This document shows, piece after piece, positions 24,573 through 37,275 of a stretch of 64,000 nt of DNA. The DNA lies in assembly GCF_006345805.1 (NCBI RefSeq), contig NC_043011.1, positions 25,494,464-25,558,463 on the forward strand, written 5' to 3'. Every line of letters starts with the position of its first letter. Positions within the stretch are counted from its first letter, which is position 1. The DNA is from Octopus sinensis (taxonomy: Eukaryota). The notes under the pieces were generated by a model that saw only the letters and a list, made by a program, of their open reading frames with translations, made no database searches and was not told the origin of the DNA. Both the position numbers and the translations under genes were made by a program.

Positions 24573-26145
24573 GTAAGAGTCCTGTATACTAATAATTACA
24601 TATATAAAATACTGAATTCCTTCAATTGAGATTTCTTTCAATCTTTTTACACAAGTCTTTCCTCTACTCAGTACTTTTGAATGATATTCTGTGTAGACAG
24701 AGGCATTGTTGTGTGGTAAGAAGCTTGTAGGTGGTGGTGCTGGTGGTGAAAGAAAGAGAGTTCTTTCGAATAGTGGAGTCCTGTTCAGAAAAACATTACA
24801 ATTATATCTTTTGGTGCCCCGACTTGCGACTGAGGGATTGCCTGCAGGCGGCAAGAGAATTGATAGGGGATGATTGAAGAGACTTGGTGTCTCAGTCTGG
24901 GTAAGAGGTTATTGCCTCATTTTTGTGTGTTTTTCGTTGTAGAAAATAAAAAGAAAATTTGTAATGAAAACTAAAGAAAGAGGTTTAATACCTCATTTTG
25001 TTTTTTAAAAAGAATAATGTATTACAGAAGCAAAAAATCGGCTGGCGTTTTTTGTCTTCTCCCATCAACATCATTTTTTTCCTCTTTTTTCATCATTCAT
25101 CTCATTAATGTTTCTGTCCAATCCGCAAGCTACTCCTTGTAATGCTGTCATGGCAAATTTGATGAAATAAAGAAGCTTGCTTCCCAGCCACATGGTTACA
25201 AGTTCAGTCCTCCTGCATGGCACCTTTGGCAAGTGTCTTCTGCTGTAGCCTTTGGCCAACCAAAGTCTTGTGAGTGGATTTGGCGAAGAAAGAAACCTGT
25301 CATATATGTGTGTGTATGTGTGTGCGTGCATGTGTGTGTGTGTGTTTGTCCCCCTACCACTGCCTCCAATCTAGCGCAGTGGATTAACACAGCTCTTAGA
25401 GGGTTGGATGAGCAAGATGTTATATAATGTCTGTTCTAGCTCTTTCTTGTTTTCATGCTCAAATTCTGTCTTGGCCTGCTTACTTAACTGGTTAACATAA
25501 TCCATCAATTGGTTTGACACAACTGCCTGATACCTGGGTTGCTTTTAATGGAGCACATTTTGCTTTTTGCATTCAGGTCACACTTCTAGTGTGAGAATAC
25601 CTTTGTTTCTTCCACCATTCAGGGATGACTTGTAGAGGATCATGGGTACTGTCTTTTCACCTGAAAAATGGAAAAAAAAATTATGTGGGCATGGCTGTGT
25701 GGTTAAGAAGTTCACTTTGCAACCATATCATTTTGGGTTCAGTCCTACTGCATGGCACATTGGGCAAGTGTATTCCACTATCGCCCCCAGCCAGTAAAAG
25801 CCTTTTGAGTGGATTTGAGTGACAGAATCTGTTTGGAAGCCTGTTGTACACACACACACACACACACACATGTATATGTGTGTGTGTGCTTGCATGTGCC
25901 CCACTCCCACAGCTTGGCAACTGGTGTCGGTTTGTTTATGTCCCCGTAACTTAGCAGTTTCAGAAAAGAGACCAAGGAATAAATATCAGACTTACAAAAA
26001 AAAAAAAAATATTGGTTTTGATTTGTATGACTAAACCCTTCAGGATGATCCCCCCCCCTTCATAGCTGCAGTCCAAAGACAAACAAATAAAAGGTAAAAA
26101 AATGAAAGATGTATACTGTATGCCCTGAAACTATTATGAAGGGTT

Positions 26146-26413
26146 GAGTTCGATTCCCAGCGACGCGTTGTGTCCCTGAGCAAGACACTTTATTTCACGT
26201 TGCTCCAGTCCACTCAGCTGGCAAAAATGAGTTGTACTTGTATTTCAAAGGGTCAGCCTTGTCACTCTCTGTGTCACGCTGATTTTCCCCGAGAACTACG
26301 TTAAGGGTACACGTGTCTGTGGAATGCTCAGCCATTTGCACGTTAATTTCACGAGCAAGCTGTTCCGTTGATCGTATCAGCTGGGACCCTCGTCGTCGTA
26401 ACCGGCGGAGTCT
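26146..26413 (+). mobile_element. 5'-truncated SINE with 12-bp TSD
   Basis: TTATGAAGGGTT at 26134-26145 and 26414-26425. Confidence 0.85.
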
Positions 26414-27479
26414 TTATGAAGGGTTATATTTGGCACAAGTGTCACTGGTTGCCTATACCTGCTTTTGGTGACAGGTCTACTCAGTCAGGGTCGACCCTTT
26501 TTATATTTTTAGGCGACTAAGCAACAACAATTAAGAAAGCAGATTCACATAGAAATTGAGCATTTTTGGTGACCCACTCCTCAATCCTATCTTTCTATCC
26601 TCCCATAAGCTACTGAATTTTTTTTTGTCAGTTCTAGTTGATTTTCTTACTGAAGTTCATTTTATCAATTTGTGTCATTCCTAATTAATTTTCTTAACAA
26701 GAGTTCATTTTATCAAAGATCTAAACTTATTATTAATGAGCTTGTTCTGTAAATTTTATGATATCCCTTGTTCTGTTACACTTCTCACCCTCCTGCACAT
26801 ACCGCTGTTGGTATCTGAGTCAGCTGATTGTTACACAGCATGCACACACACACACACAAATAAATAAATATAAAATAAATAAGAGAAGAAATATAAACTA
26901 AATAATGGAGAAAGAGAAATCAGAAGTTAAGCACTGATCAAAAAAAAAAAAGAAAAGTTTAAAAAAACCAGAACTTAGGATACTAGTATATTAAGTTTTT
27001 GTTTGTATATATATTTATCGGTGGATTCTCTGTTGAAATAGTTTGTCTTTTACAAAACAACAACATTATCCATTTTCTATTTTTCTGTTTTTTTTATTAG
27101 TATTTTCTTACAATGTTTATCTGTGCGTTGTGAAATAAGTTGTTGACAAGTTTATAGACTGTGTCATCTTTACTGTACTTGACACCTTTAAGTGAATAAC
27201 ATACCACATGTCTGAACCAGCTCGTCTTTGGTGACCTTTATAAGCAAATAACACCTCACTCACTTTGTTGCATAAGGATTGAATTGGTGCTGGATTTTAT
27301 TTTCATTTTGCACTTATAGGCACAGGAGTGGCTGTGTGGTAAGAAGCTTGCTTCCCAACCTCATGGTTCTGGGTTCAGTCCCACTATGTGACACCTTGGT
27401 CAAATGTCTTCTACTGTAGCCTCAGGCCAACCAAAGCTTTGTGAGTCAATTTGGTAAACGGAAACTGAAAAAAACCTGT

Positions 27480-27522
<43 letters not shown>

Positions 27523-27613
27523 TTTTCTTCTTCTCTAGTTTCAGCTCAGAGCTGCGGCCATGCTGATGCACCGGCGTTTAAGAAAATATGTATGAAAAAT
27601 AAAGTAGCTAAAC

Positions 27614-27685
27614 TGCCGTGACCAGGATTCGAACCTGGGTTACCATGGCCACAACGTGGGGTCCTAACTACTAGACGATCACGGC
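27614..27685 (-). tRNA. tRNA-His-GTG: tRNA-His (anticodon GUG), variant or possible pseudogene
   Basis: GCCGTGATCGTCTAGTAGTTAGGACCCCACGTTGTGGCCATGGTAACCCAGGTTCGAATCCTGGTCACGGCA. Acceptor stem and T-arm are intact and a T5 terminator lies about 15 nt downstream. Deviations: G18 to A in the D-loop and a C30-A40 mismatch in the anticodon stem. Confidence 0.85.
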
Positions 27686-27716
27686 TGACAGATCGTATAT
27701 ATATATGTGTGTGTGT

Positions 27717-27754
<38 letters not shown>

Positions 27755-28759
27755 TTGTGTATGTGTGTGTGTTTGTTCACCCCCCTCCATCGCTTCACAA
27801 TCGATGTTGGTGTGTTTACGTACCTGTAACTTAATGGTTCAGCAAAAGACACTGACAGAACAAGAACCAGGCATACAAAGAATAAGTCCTGGGGCCGATT
27901 CGTTTGGCTAAAGGCAGTGCTCCAGCATGGCTGCAGTCAAATGTCTGAAACAAGTAAAAGAATAAAAGAATATTTTCATTATTGATTGTGAGAGATGAAG
28001 CAAGCTGCAGTGTGTGAATAGAAAGTAGATAACTCTGACTCTATGAAACAAATAAGATCCAATGAAAAACTTTTACTTTATGTAATGTGTGCAATTTTCG
28101 CTGATTAAAACCTTTATTTATTTGACACTCACTATGCTCAGTATAATAGCTTGCATTTAACTATACAACTTTTATGCAGTGTCAATGTCATTGCTTTGTA
28201 TAACAATATCATTGCTTAGCTTGTTATTGCTCTAGTTATTTTCAACAATATTAGAATAACTACCGAGATTTATATGTACTGTACCATATACCAGGCGTCC
28301 CCAACCACTGGGTTGTGGGCCAGTACTAGACTGTAGGCTGGTTCCTGGCTGTGGATCATTTGGTAGGAGGCTGCACAGAAAGAATGAATTTTTAAAATTT
28401 CATTCCTACATTACTGACTACCATAATCTGCAGGGTGTTTTTATATTATATATGTATTCTACATGCAATATATATATATATATATATATTATGTAGTATA
28501 TATGTATTATTACCTACATGTGTAAGGCAGTGAGCTAGCAGAATTGTTACCTCTCCAGGCAAAATGCATAGCAGTATTTCATTCCTCTTTATGATCTGAG
28601 GTCAAATTCCACTGAGGTCAACTTCGTCTTTCATCCTTTCAGGATCAGTGAAATGAGGATCAGTTGAACACTGGAATTAATGTAATCAACTATCCTTCTT
28701 CCACTAAATTTTAGGCTAAAAGAAATGAGTGCATAGATGGTCAGTATAATGTGCAATAT

Positions 28760-29631
28760 ATGCCACTGGTACACCTGTAAAAGATTTTCCTTCCCCCCCA
28801 CTTCACATCAAACTTGGTCACATGAAAGATTTCGTAAAAGCAATGACATACAATGATTGTGGCTTTCAGTACCCAAAAGTAAAATTTGGTGCAGAGAAAA
28901 GTGATGCAAAACTGAAAGCAGGCATTTTCATTGGACCCAAGATCAGAGAATTGATATCTGATTGCAAATTCAGAGGTAAACTGAATCCAGTTGAGCTGAT
29001 GGCATGGGATTCATCCGTGTTAGCTGTACAGAACTTTCTTGGAAATCATAGAGCTGGAAACTATGCTGATTTAATAAAAAACATGCTGATAGCATATGAA
29101 AGAATGGGATGCTGAATGTCCCTTTAAATGCACTTCTTGCATTCTTGTCTTGATCCTTTTCCAACTAATCATGGTGCCGTTAGTGTTGAGCATGGTGAGA
29201 GGTTCCACCAGGACATATTTGAGATGGAAACAAAGTATCAGGGCCAATTCAATCCGCACATGATGGGTGACTTGCAATGGGAGACCAGCATGATGCATAA
29301 GCACAAGAGCAAGTGTCTAAAACATTTCTGAGCTCAGCTTATCAAAAATAAAGTGAGTATTCCCTTAACATAAATATACTATGTACCATTATATTATGAT
29401 ACTATTTGCCTTAAACATGAATATACTATATACAGTACAAATATACTATTATAATAATTATTTACCTTGAGCTTAACTATTCCTGATATTAATATAGCAT
29501 TAATATAATTATGTTCATAACTCGAAATCCTGATGTGCTACTGCAATTCTGAGTTCAGATACAGAATCAGCGTATTTGATTTAGTACTTGATTGGGTAGC
29601 AGACAATAACTTTTTTTTTCATTTCCCAGTG
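28760..29631 (+). mobile_element. Decayed DNA transposon, Chapaev-like (Transib/RAG1-related DDE) transposase C-terminal half
   Basis: LPPLHIKLG-MKDFVKA..KLKAGIFIGP.IR..NFLGNH..GC*MSL*MHFLHS.LD.FP.N.GAVS.EHGERFHQDI..ME..YQG; 3' terminus ..CCCAGTG (CACTG TIR). The family assignment is from motif recall. Confidence 0.65.
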
Positions 29632-30769
29632 TAATTACATAAATAAATATGATTCCGCAACAGCGCTGTGCTAGTAGGGTACTTCATTGGATAGATTGCT
29701 CTTAATGCACTACTGGATCTCTTTGAATTCCCTCTCTTTTATACGTGCCTATATATTCACACACACATACTTACTTTTCTTTACATATTTTTTATTGGCT
29801 TCTGATTTTTGTCTTCTGACTTCACATATATCCTACTTTCCGCATTTGTAAAACTCATATACCTATCTACCTATATACATACAAACATACATACATACAT
29901 ACATACATACATACATACATACATACATACATACATACATACAATCAAACATACATACATACACACACATACACATACCTACCTACCATATGTATGTGTG
30001 TATGTATGTAATTGTGTGTGTGTGTGTGTGTGTGTGCATGTAATCATTAGATTATATACAATGCACTTTGTGTTTTTCTTGTGTGTAATTTCCTGGTCTG
30101 TGGAAAAATTGTCTTGCAAGAAACCAATCCGTAGTGCAATAAATGGCTGGAAACCATTGCCAGATATGATATTATGATTCAAGTTATTGTAAGAGTCTTG
30201 TACTTAATCTCTGGCAGTACAGTTTTATTGCTCAAATGAAACAGATTACCAAAAAGTAATTATTCACTGATTTCTATGCTTCTATTTCTTGGCTTAAAGA
30301 ATTAATCATGCAAGATCCTTTTTTTGATATAGAGGTCACTGTGATTAGGAAAAAAAAAATTTTTTGCCAGTGAGTCTTCATCTAATCTTTAAGTTTCTGA
30401 CATAAAGCAGTCATAATTCTTGAGCTAAGGCAGTCAATTGACTGAGTTGTGAGAACAACATATAGAATACCTTGTGGTGTTATTACTTCTGTGTCTCTGC
30501 ACTCTCAATTAAAAATCCCACCAAAGTCAACTTTGCCTTTCATTTTTGGGGGGTTCATTGCTATTGCTTCTTCTTCTTCTTCTTCTTCTTCTCCTCCCCT
30601 CCCCTCCTCTTGCTTCTCTTCCTCCTCTCCTCCCACTCACCCTACACTCCCACTCTCACTCTCACTTCACTTGCTACTCGCCTTCTATTCCTTCCTGCCT
30701 CTCCAATCTCCTCCCCACCCTTCCTCTCCCATTCACTCCATCTCCTCCTCCCATTGCACTCCCTCTACA

Positions 30770-31285
30770 TTTTCTCCTTATTGACAGCATCCCAGTACAG
30801 GGCCTGTATATCTCTTATTAACCACTTACCTATCCCTAGTTTTTGCATCGCCCACCAAATAAGGGATTGGGAGATCCTGTCAAAGGCTTTCTCCAAGTCA
30901 ATGAAACCCAAGTATAAGGGTTTATCTTTGGCTTGGTATTTCTCCTGCAGTAGCCTTACCAGAAATATAGCATCAGTGGTGCTTCTACCAGGCACAAAAC
31001 TGAACTTCATCTCATCTAAGCAAACTCTCTCCTTAATTAGTTGGGCTATGACCCTCTCTGTGACCTTCATCACCTGATCCAGCAGTTTGATACTCCTGTA
31101 GTTATTTCCATCTATAGCATCGCCTTTACCTTTGTAGCAGTTGACTATGGTGCTGCTAAGTCAGTTATTGGGTATGACTCCTTCATGAACTACCTGATTT
31201 ACAATATGAGTGACTAGGCCATGACCCACACCACCAGACTTCATATCCTTAATTGCTTTATCTACCAGGGTGCTATCTTTGGTTA
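30770..31285 (-). mobile_element. RTE-clade LINE RT fragment
   Basis: KVTERVIAQLI..DEMKFSFVPGRSTTDAIFLVRLLQEKY..LYLGFIDLEKAFDR. Confidence 0.85.
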
Positions 31286-31543
31286 TTGTGTTTCATGATA
31301 TATTTTATCTTTTCTTTTGCAATCATTGGATTGTGGACATGCTAGGGCATTGCCATGAAACAATTAATCAAGGAAAACTCCAATACTTTTTTTTTAAAGA
31401 TTGGTACTCATTCTATCAGTCTCTTTCACCAAAGTGGTGAGTTATGGGGATGTAAACAAACCAACTGCAGTTGCCAAGTGGTGGTTGACACAGATAGAGA
31501 TACAAATAGAGATACACAGACACAAACAAACACACATACCTTA

Positions 31544-31592
<49 letters not shown>

Positions 31593-32726
31593 GGTGCAGG
31601 AGTGGCTGTGTGGTAAGTAGCTTGCTAACCAACCACATGGTTCCGGGTTCAGTCCCACTGCATGGCATCTTGAGCAAATGTCTTCTGCTATAGCCCCAGG
31701 CTGACCAATGCCTTGTGAGTGGATTTGGTAGATGGAAACTGAAAGAAGCCTGTCGTATATATGCATATATATATGTGTTTGTGTGTCTGTCTTTGTCCCC
31801 TAGCATTGCTTGACAACCGATGCTGGTGTGTTTACATCCCTGTCACTTAGCGGTTTGGCAAAAAAGACCGATAGAATAAGTACTGGGCTTACAAAGAATA
31901 AGTCCCGGGGTTGATTTGCTCGACTAAAGGCGATGCTCCAGCATGGCCGCAGTCAAATGACTGAAACAAGTAAAAGAGAGAAAGAGAGAAAGAGATATAT
32001 ATACATATATACACATATAAAACAAAGGATGAAATCACTTTAATGATTTTATCAAGTGGTCAGCGCAAAATAAAACCTGTGCTATAGGACATTTAAGGCA
32101 GTTTTTAGCACCATTTGGTGTCTATTTTTAATGCATGGAGAGGCTCATCCGATCCCTTGATATAATTAAGTATATAATTATCAATATAGCATATATATGT
32201 ATTTAAAATTTTATGTCTATTAATTTATCTCTCTATTGACTGTCTCCTGTCTACCTATCTACCAATCTATCTCTCTATCTTTCCCTCACTCTCACCCTCT
32301 CTATGTATATATATATATATATCACACATACAATAGGACAAAATTTATATTATTTGCTCTCAACCGAAGCAAGGCTCTATAGCCTCACTACCTCCTCCTG
32401 GTCCCCCCCCCAAAAAAAGGTGTGTGATGGGGGTCTCTAATAATCAGCCTCTCAGTCCATGTTTCAAAGTCACTGACAAGGCATTGGTCAGTTCAAGCCT
32501 GTTGCAGAAGACACTTGTCCAAGGTGCTGTGCAAAGCAAGCTTCTTAACCATAAAGCCATACCTGTGCCAAATACATAATATAAGTATAAATTTCATGCA
32601 TACAAAACATACATATATTTAAAATATACCAATAGTTTTATATAAACTTAATATTGTTTCTTGTTATTTACTTATGGAATATGCATATCTTAGATATAAT
32701 GTGCCTTTTGTTGATTTTCTTTTCAG

Positions 32727-32867
32727 TTCCCTTAATATTTAATCGTTGCCGTCTCAGTTCAGAATGTCCACTGCATTCAACTTGCATGGCCAGATCATGT
32801 GATGGCTACATTTGCATATGTGACTCTGGCTTCAGACATTCTTTTGACAGGACAAGATGTGTTCCAG
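32727..32867 (+). CDS. EB/EGF-like module protein, exon A1 (7-Cys domain)
   Basis: TTTCAG acceptor, 141 nt, (V)PLIFNRCRLSSECPLHSTCMARSCDGYICICDSGFRHSFDRTRCVP, donor G|GTAATC. Confidence 0.9.
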
Positions 32868-34282
32868 GTAATCCTTTACTTTACAGTATTAGCAACAAAC
32901 ATATTTGTCATTTTAACTTGTGCATGTATGTATATATTTATGTATATATATATAAAACACGGAGTAGTCAAAGCAGGGGCAGCTGAAGAAGGGGAATATT
33001 CCTTGTGTTGTCTGTCTTGTACTCTGTTTTTTTGTTGTTTGGAAAAAGTCCGTTTCCATGGTTTTGATTTTATGTTTTCATTTCTAATTGTGTTCTACGT
33101 TTGTTTGGTGTCCTGTACCCATATATGCATGTATGTATACATATAGATGTAGGTATGTACATATATGTATGTATATATGCATATGTTTTATTTATTATTT
33201 TGTTATTATATATATATATAACACACATGCACACACACACATGCACATATATTTATATCTCATCATGATAATCATCATCATCATCATGATTTAATATCCA
33301 TTTTCCATGCTGTCATGAGTTGGACAGTTTGACAGGAGTTGGCCAACTAAAGAGCTACCCGGGCTCCAAGTCTGTTTCGGCATGGTTTCTACAGCTGGAT
33401 GCCCTTCCTAATGCCAACCACGTTACAAAGTGTACTGGGTGCTTTCACTCAGCACTAGCACAGGTGTTTTTATGTGGCGCTGCTATGGCTGTTTTGACAT
33501 GGTACCAGCCCCTACAAGATCACAAAATTAGGAATGCTCAGCTGAAGAGGGATGCAGAGTACATACCTGTATGCAAAGACAACCACAATCTTACTTAGCT
33601 TTTTCTTAAGCACAGCAAACTGCCAGGGGTCTTGGTCTCCTGTCATCCCCTCTGTGTGGCCCTATATCTGAAGATCCTTTCTTACTATTTTGTCCCATGT
33701 ATTCCATATATATATATATATATATATATGTAGAATCACTGCCAGATCAAACTGGAGACTGGTGCAGCCTCCTGGCTTCCTAGATTCCTGGTCGAACCGT
33801 CTAACCCATGCTAGCATGGAGAAAGGACGTTAAATGATGATGATGATGATGAAGATGATGATGATATATATATATATATATATATAACAAAACAGGAAAC
33901 TGGAGACTTTATTTTTTGGTATTATTTATTCACCATTACATGTGTTTCATTTGCTAATAAGAATTATAAAGTTTTGCATGTTAGATAGGCATGTAAGGAA
34001 TTTCCTATTAGAATTTCTTCAAAGAAATTGAATATTATTATTTGTAATGGTGAATAAATAATATGAAGAAATTTCCAATTTCCTGTTATGTTATACAATA
34101 ACTCTGTAAATAATATTTCCATAATTCTCAATTTTAGTATATATTTTGAACTAACATACGGCAGCAACTGAGACTGAATATTGGATTGTAATAATGAAAT
34201 AAGCAGACGTGCTTCAAGAGGAAAGAGCTGGGATATACCCCAACTACTCACACACAATATATATATACATATGCTTACATAC

Positions 34283-34364
<82 letters not shown>

Positions 34365-34394
34365 ATATATATATATAATATAATATATATATAT

Positions 34395-34449
<55 letters not shown>

Positions 34450-34623
34450 ATAAATATTAGGGAATATATCCAAATTTACAGGAAAAAAAAATCAGATTTA
34501 GGATTAAATCCAATTTTATAGTAAAAATATTATAAAATATATTTGAGACAAAACCACTATTTGCAAAACAAACAAGGAAAGACTTATCAATACATAAAAT
34601 TTAATAAATAGTCAAAAAAACCG

Positions 34624-34666
34624 CCACTACAATCGTTTCTTGTCTTGATCGACAATCTTCAGGTGG
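34624..34666 (-). ncRNA. Minimal type-I hammerhead motif (left arm of palindrome)
   Basis: Exact reverse complement of 34848-34890. Confidence 0.55.
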
Positions 34667-34847
34667 ACTTCCAATCTATGCCAGTGCTACTCAAAATGGT
34701 GGTCTGTGGACCAGTTGCCAGTACATGGTGAGTCAAAATAATGTAATAAGAACCAGTTACTGGTTCTTATTACATTATTTTGACTCACCATGTACTGGCA
34801 CTGGTCCACAGACCACCACTTGAGTAGCACTGGCATAGATTGGAAGT

Positions 34848-34890
34848 CCACCTGAAGATTGTCGATCAAGACAAGAAACGATTGTAGTGG
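34848..34890 (+). ncRNA. Minimal type-I hammerhead motif (right arm of palindrome, sense to EB gene intron)
   Basis: CCAC-CTGAAGA-TTGTC-GATCAA-GACAA-GAAAC-GATT-GTA-GTGG: 4-bp stem I, 5-bp stem II (non-canonical U10.1-A11.1), 2-bp stem III, GUA triplet. Confidence 0.55.
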
Positions 34891-34973
34891 CGGTTTTTTG
34901 ACTATTTATTAAATTTATGTATTGATTAAGTCTTTCCTTGTTGTTTTGCAAAATAGTGGTTTTGTCTCAAATA

Positions 34974-35036
<63 letters not shown>

Positions 35037-35138
35037 GTATGTATATATGAACGTATGCATATGTATAGCTTTGAAGTATATTGCATTTTTAACAGAATAT
35101 ATCTTTAAAGGGATTTTTCTAAAAAAAGAAAACTGCAG

Positions 35139-35173
<35 letters not shown>

Positions 35174-35402
35174 ATGTATGTATATATGAACGTATGCATA
35201 TGTATATATATATAAGCTGCAGTTTTCTTTTTTTAGAAAAATCCCTTTAAAGATATATTCTGTTAAAAATGCAATATACTTCAAAGCTAGGCAAAACAAA
35301 ATCAACCCAGAAATGATCATGAGAGTGACAGATTTGTATTTCACTACAAATTGTTTGTAACTATACCAAACATAAATGTATATATATATATATATATATA
35401 TA

Positions 35403-36021
35403 TGACCGTACGACAGGCACCCATGCCAACCCCCTTGCTTGCGAAGACAGGTTGGGCCAAGCGAAATCGAATTGAACCAGCCAGGATCCCTGGTCTGGTG
35501 GTACGTAAAAAGCACTATCCGACTCGTGGTCGATGCCAGCGCCGCCTCCACTGGCTTCCGTGCCGGTGGCACGTAAAATACACCAATCTGACCGTACGAC
35601 AGGCACCCATGCCAGCCCCCTTGCTTGTGAAGACATGTTGGGGCAAGTGAAATCGAAATCGAAATCGAATTGAACCAGCCAGGATCCCTGGTCTGGTGGT
35701 ACGTAAAAAGCACTATCCGACTCGTGGCGTAAAAAGCACTATCCGACTCGTGGCCGATGCCAGCTCCGCGTCGTCTGGCTTCCGTGCCGGTGGCACATAA
35801 AGTACACCAATCCGACCGTGGCCGTTGCCAGCCTCGCCTGGCACCTGTGCAGGTGGCACGTAAAAAGCACCCACTACACTCACGGAGTGGTTGGCGTTAG
35901 GAAGGGCATCCAGCTGTAGAAACACTGCCAGATAAGACTGGAGCCTGGTGCAGCCTTCTGGCTTCCCAGATCCCCGGTCGAACCGTCCAACCCATGCTAG
36001 CATGGACAACGGACGTTAAAC

Positions 36022-36055
<34 letters not shown>
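35403..36055 (+). mobile_element. RTE 3' UTR copy with internal duplication (other copies at about 8300-8620, 12730-13120, 14290-14430, 33260-33865, 36938-37085, 37394-37620, 49895-50297, 53030-53506)
   Basis: Shared 3' UTR sequence ending CGGACGTTAAAC(GAT)n. Confidence 0.8.
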
Positions 36056-36092
<37 letters not shown>

Positions 36093-36360
36093 ACAAGGGT
36101 AGAGGTACAAGTTATAGAAATTTATATAGGATCAAGAGATCACCAAATGACTGGTGTATACTAAAACCTAAGAAGCATAGTGGACAGAGATGATAACAAC
36201 AACAGGATTTTTCACTTAGCGTATAGGATAGTGTTCATATTAATTGTATACTCATGTCTGTGTTATACTATTTGCTTTCTCTGTTTTTGTTTTACTCTCT
36301 CTGTTTTCTTCCTCCATCTCTTTCCGTTTCTCTTATACAATTTAATATTTTTTCAAACAG

Positions 36361-36663
36361 CTTCCAACATCCTTGAGAAATGTGACTTTTCTGACAATTG
36401 CCCCCCAACATTCTCTGTTTGTTTGTTTCGTCAATGTGTTTGCCGTGATGGACTGGAAGCCACAGAGAACAAAACATGTAGGGGAAGAGCAGAGAGAGCA
36501 CTTGGATACAGGTGTAATATTGAGAATGGCTGTACCTACCCAAATCTTCAATGTGTGAGTGGCATTTGTCAGTGCAGAGCAGGCTATAGAAAGAAAACTG
36601 ACATTGAAATACAGGCTTTGCCTTATGATATGTTTGAGTGTATTACAACAAACTACAATCTGA
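36361..36663 (+). CDS. EB/EGF-like module protein, exon B1 (two 6-Cys EB modules)
   Basis: AACAG acceptor, 303 nt, SNILEKCDFSDNC...MFECITTNYNL, donor A|GTAAGT. C-x5-C-x6-C-x4-C-x-C spacing occurs twice. Confidence 0.92.
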
Positions 36664-37080
36664 GTAAGTTAGAGACACTGAGTCAAATTTCTATATTGCT
36701 ATGTGATTTTGTGTTCTATTGTATATCATCAGATGGTAGTATAATGTAAGAGTAAAGACTCTTAATGAAACAATTGTTGCAGTACTAGATAACATGTTCA
36801 TCTGTTTTTATTATACATACATACACACACACACGTATGCGTACAGATATGCACAACCACACATATACATACATACATACGTACATACGCACATACATAC
36901 AACAGGCTTATTTCACTTATATATATATATATATACATGAAGGGCATCCAGCCGTAGAAACACTGCCAGATTTGACTGGGCCTGATGAAGCCTTCTGGCT
37001 TCACAGACCCCAGTAGAACCGTCCAACCCATGCTAGCATGGAAAACGGACGCTAAACGATGATGATGATGATGATGATGA

Positions 37081-37147
<67 letters not shown>

Positions 37148-37189
37148 GAATAAAAAATGGAGTTAACGCAGGTGTAATCAAATATTTTT

Positions 37190-37275
37190 ACTTTCGACAC
37201 ATGTTTCGAAAATTCCACTGATACTATTCAAAAGAATAAATGGTATAAACAATGCAATCTTCTCCTCAGGAAAGT
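37190..37275 (-). ncRNA. Minimal type-I hammerhead ribozyme motif
   Basis: ACTTTC-CTGAGGA-GAAGATT...AATTTTC-GAAAC-ATGT-GTC-GAAAGT: perfect 6-bp stem I, 7-bp stem II with G10.1-C11.1, palindromic ACATGT in stem III, GUC triplet. Confidence 0.75.

Larger units (their letters stand above)
34531..34984. repeat. Near-perfect palindrome, about 225-bp arms, centre 34758
   Basis: AAGAACCAGT-T-ACTGGTTCTT at the centre; arms differ mainly by 1-nt indels. Confidence 0.95.

Noticed and set aside
30134-30187. Possible exon CNKWLETIARYDIMIQVI with a faint DNase I-like RYDI motif
   Set aside because: Spacing does not match, it is phase 0-0 whereas the EB gene is phase 1, and no other DNase I exons were found.
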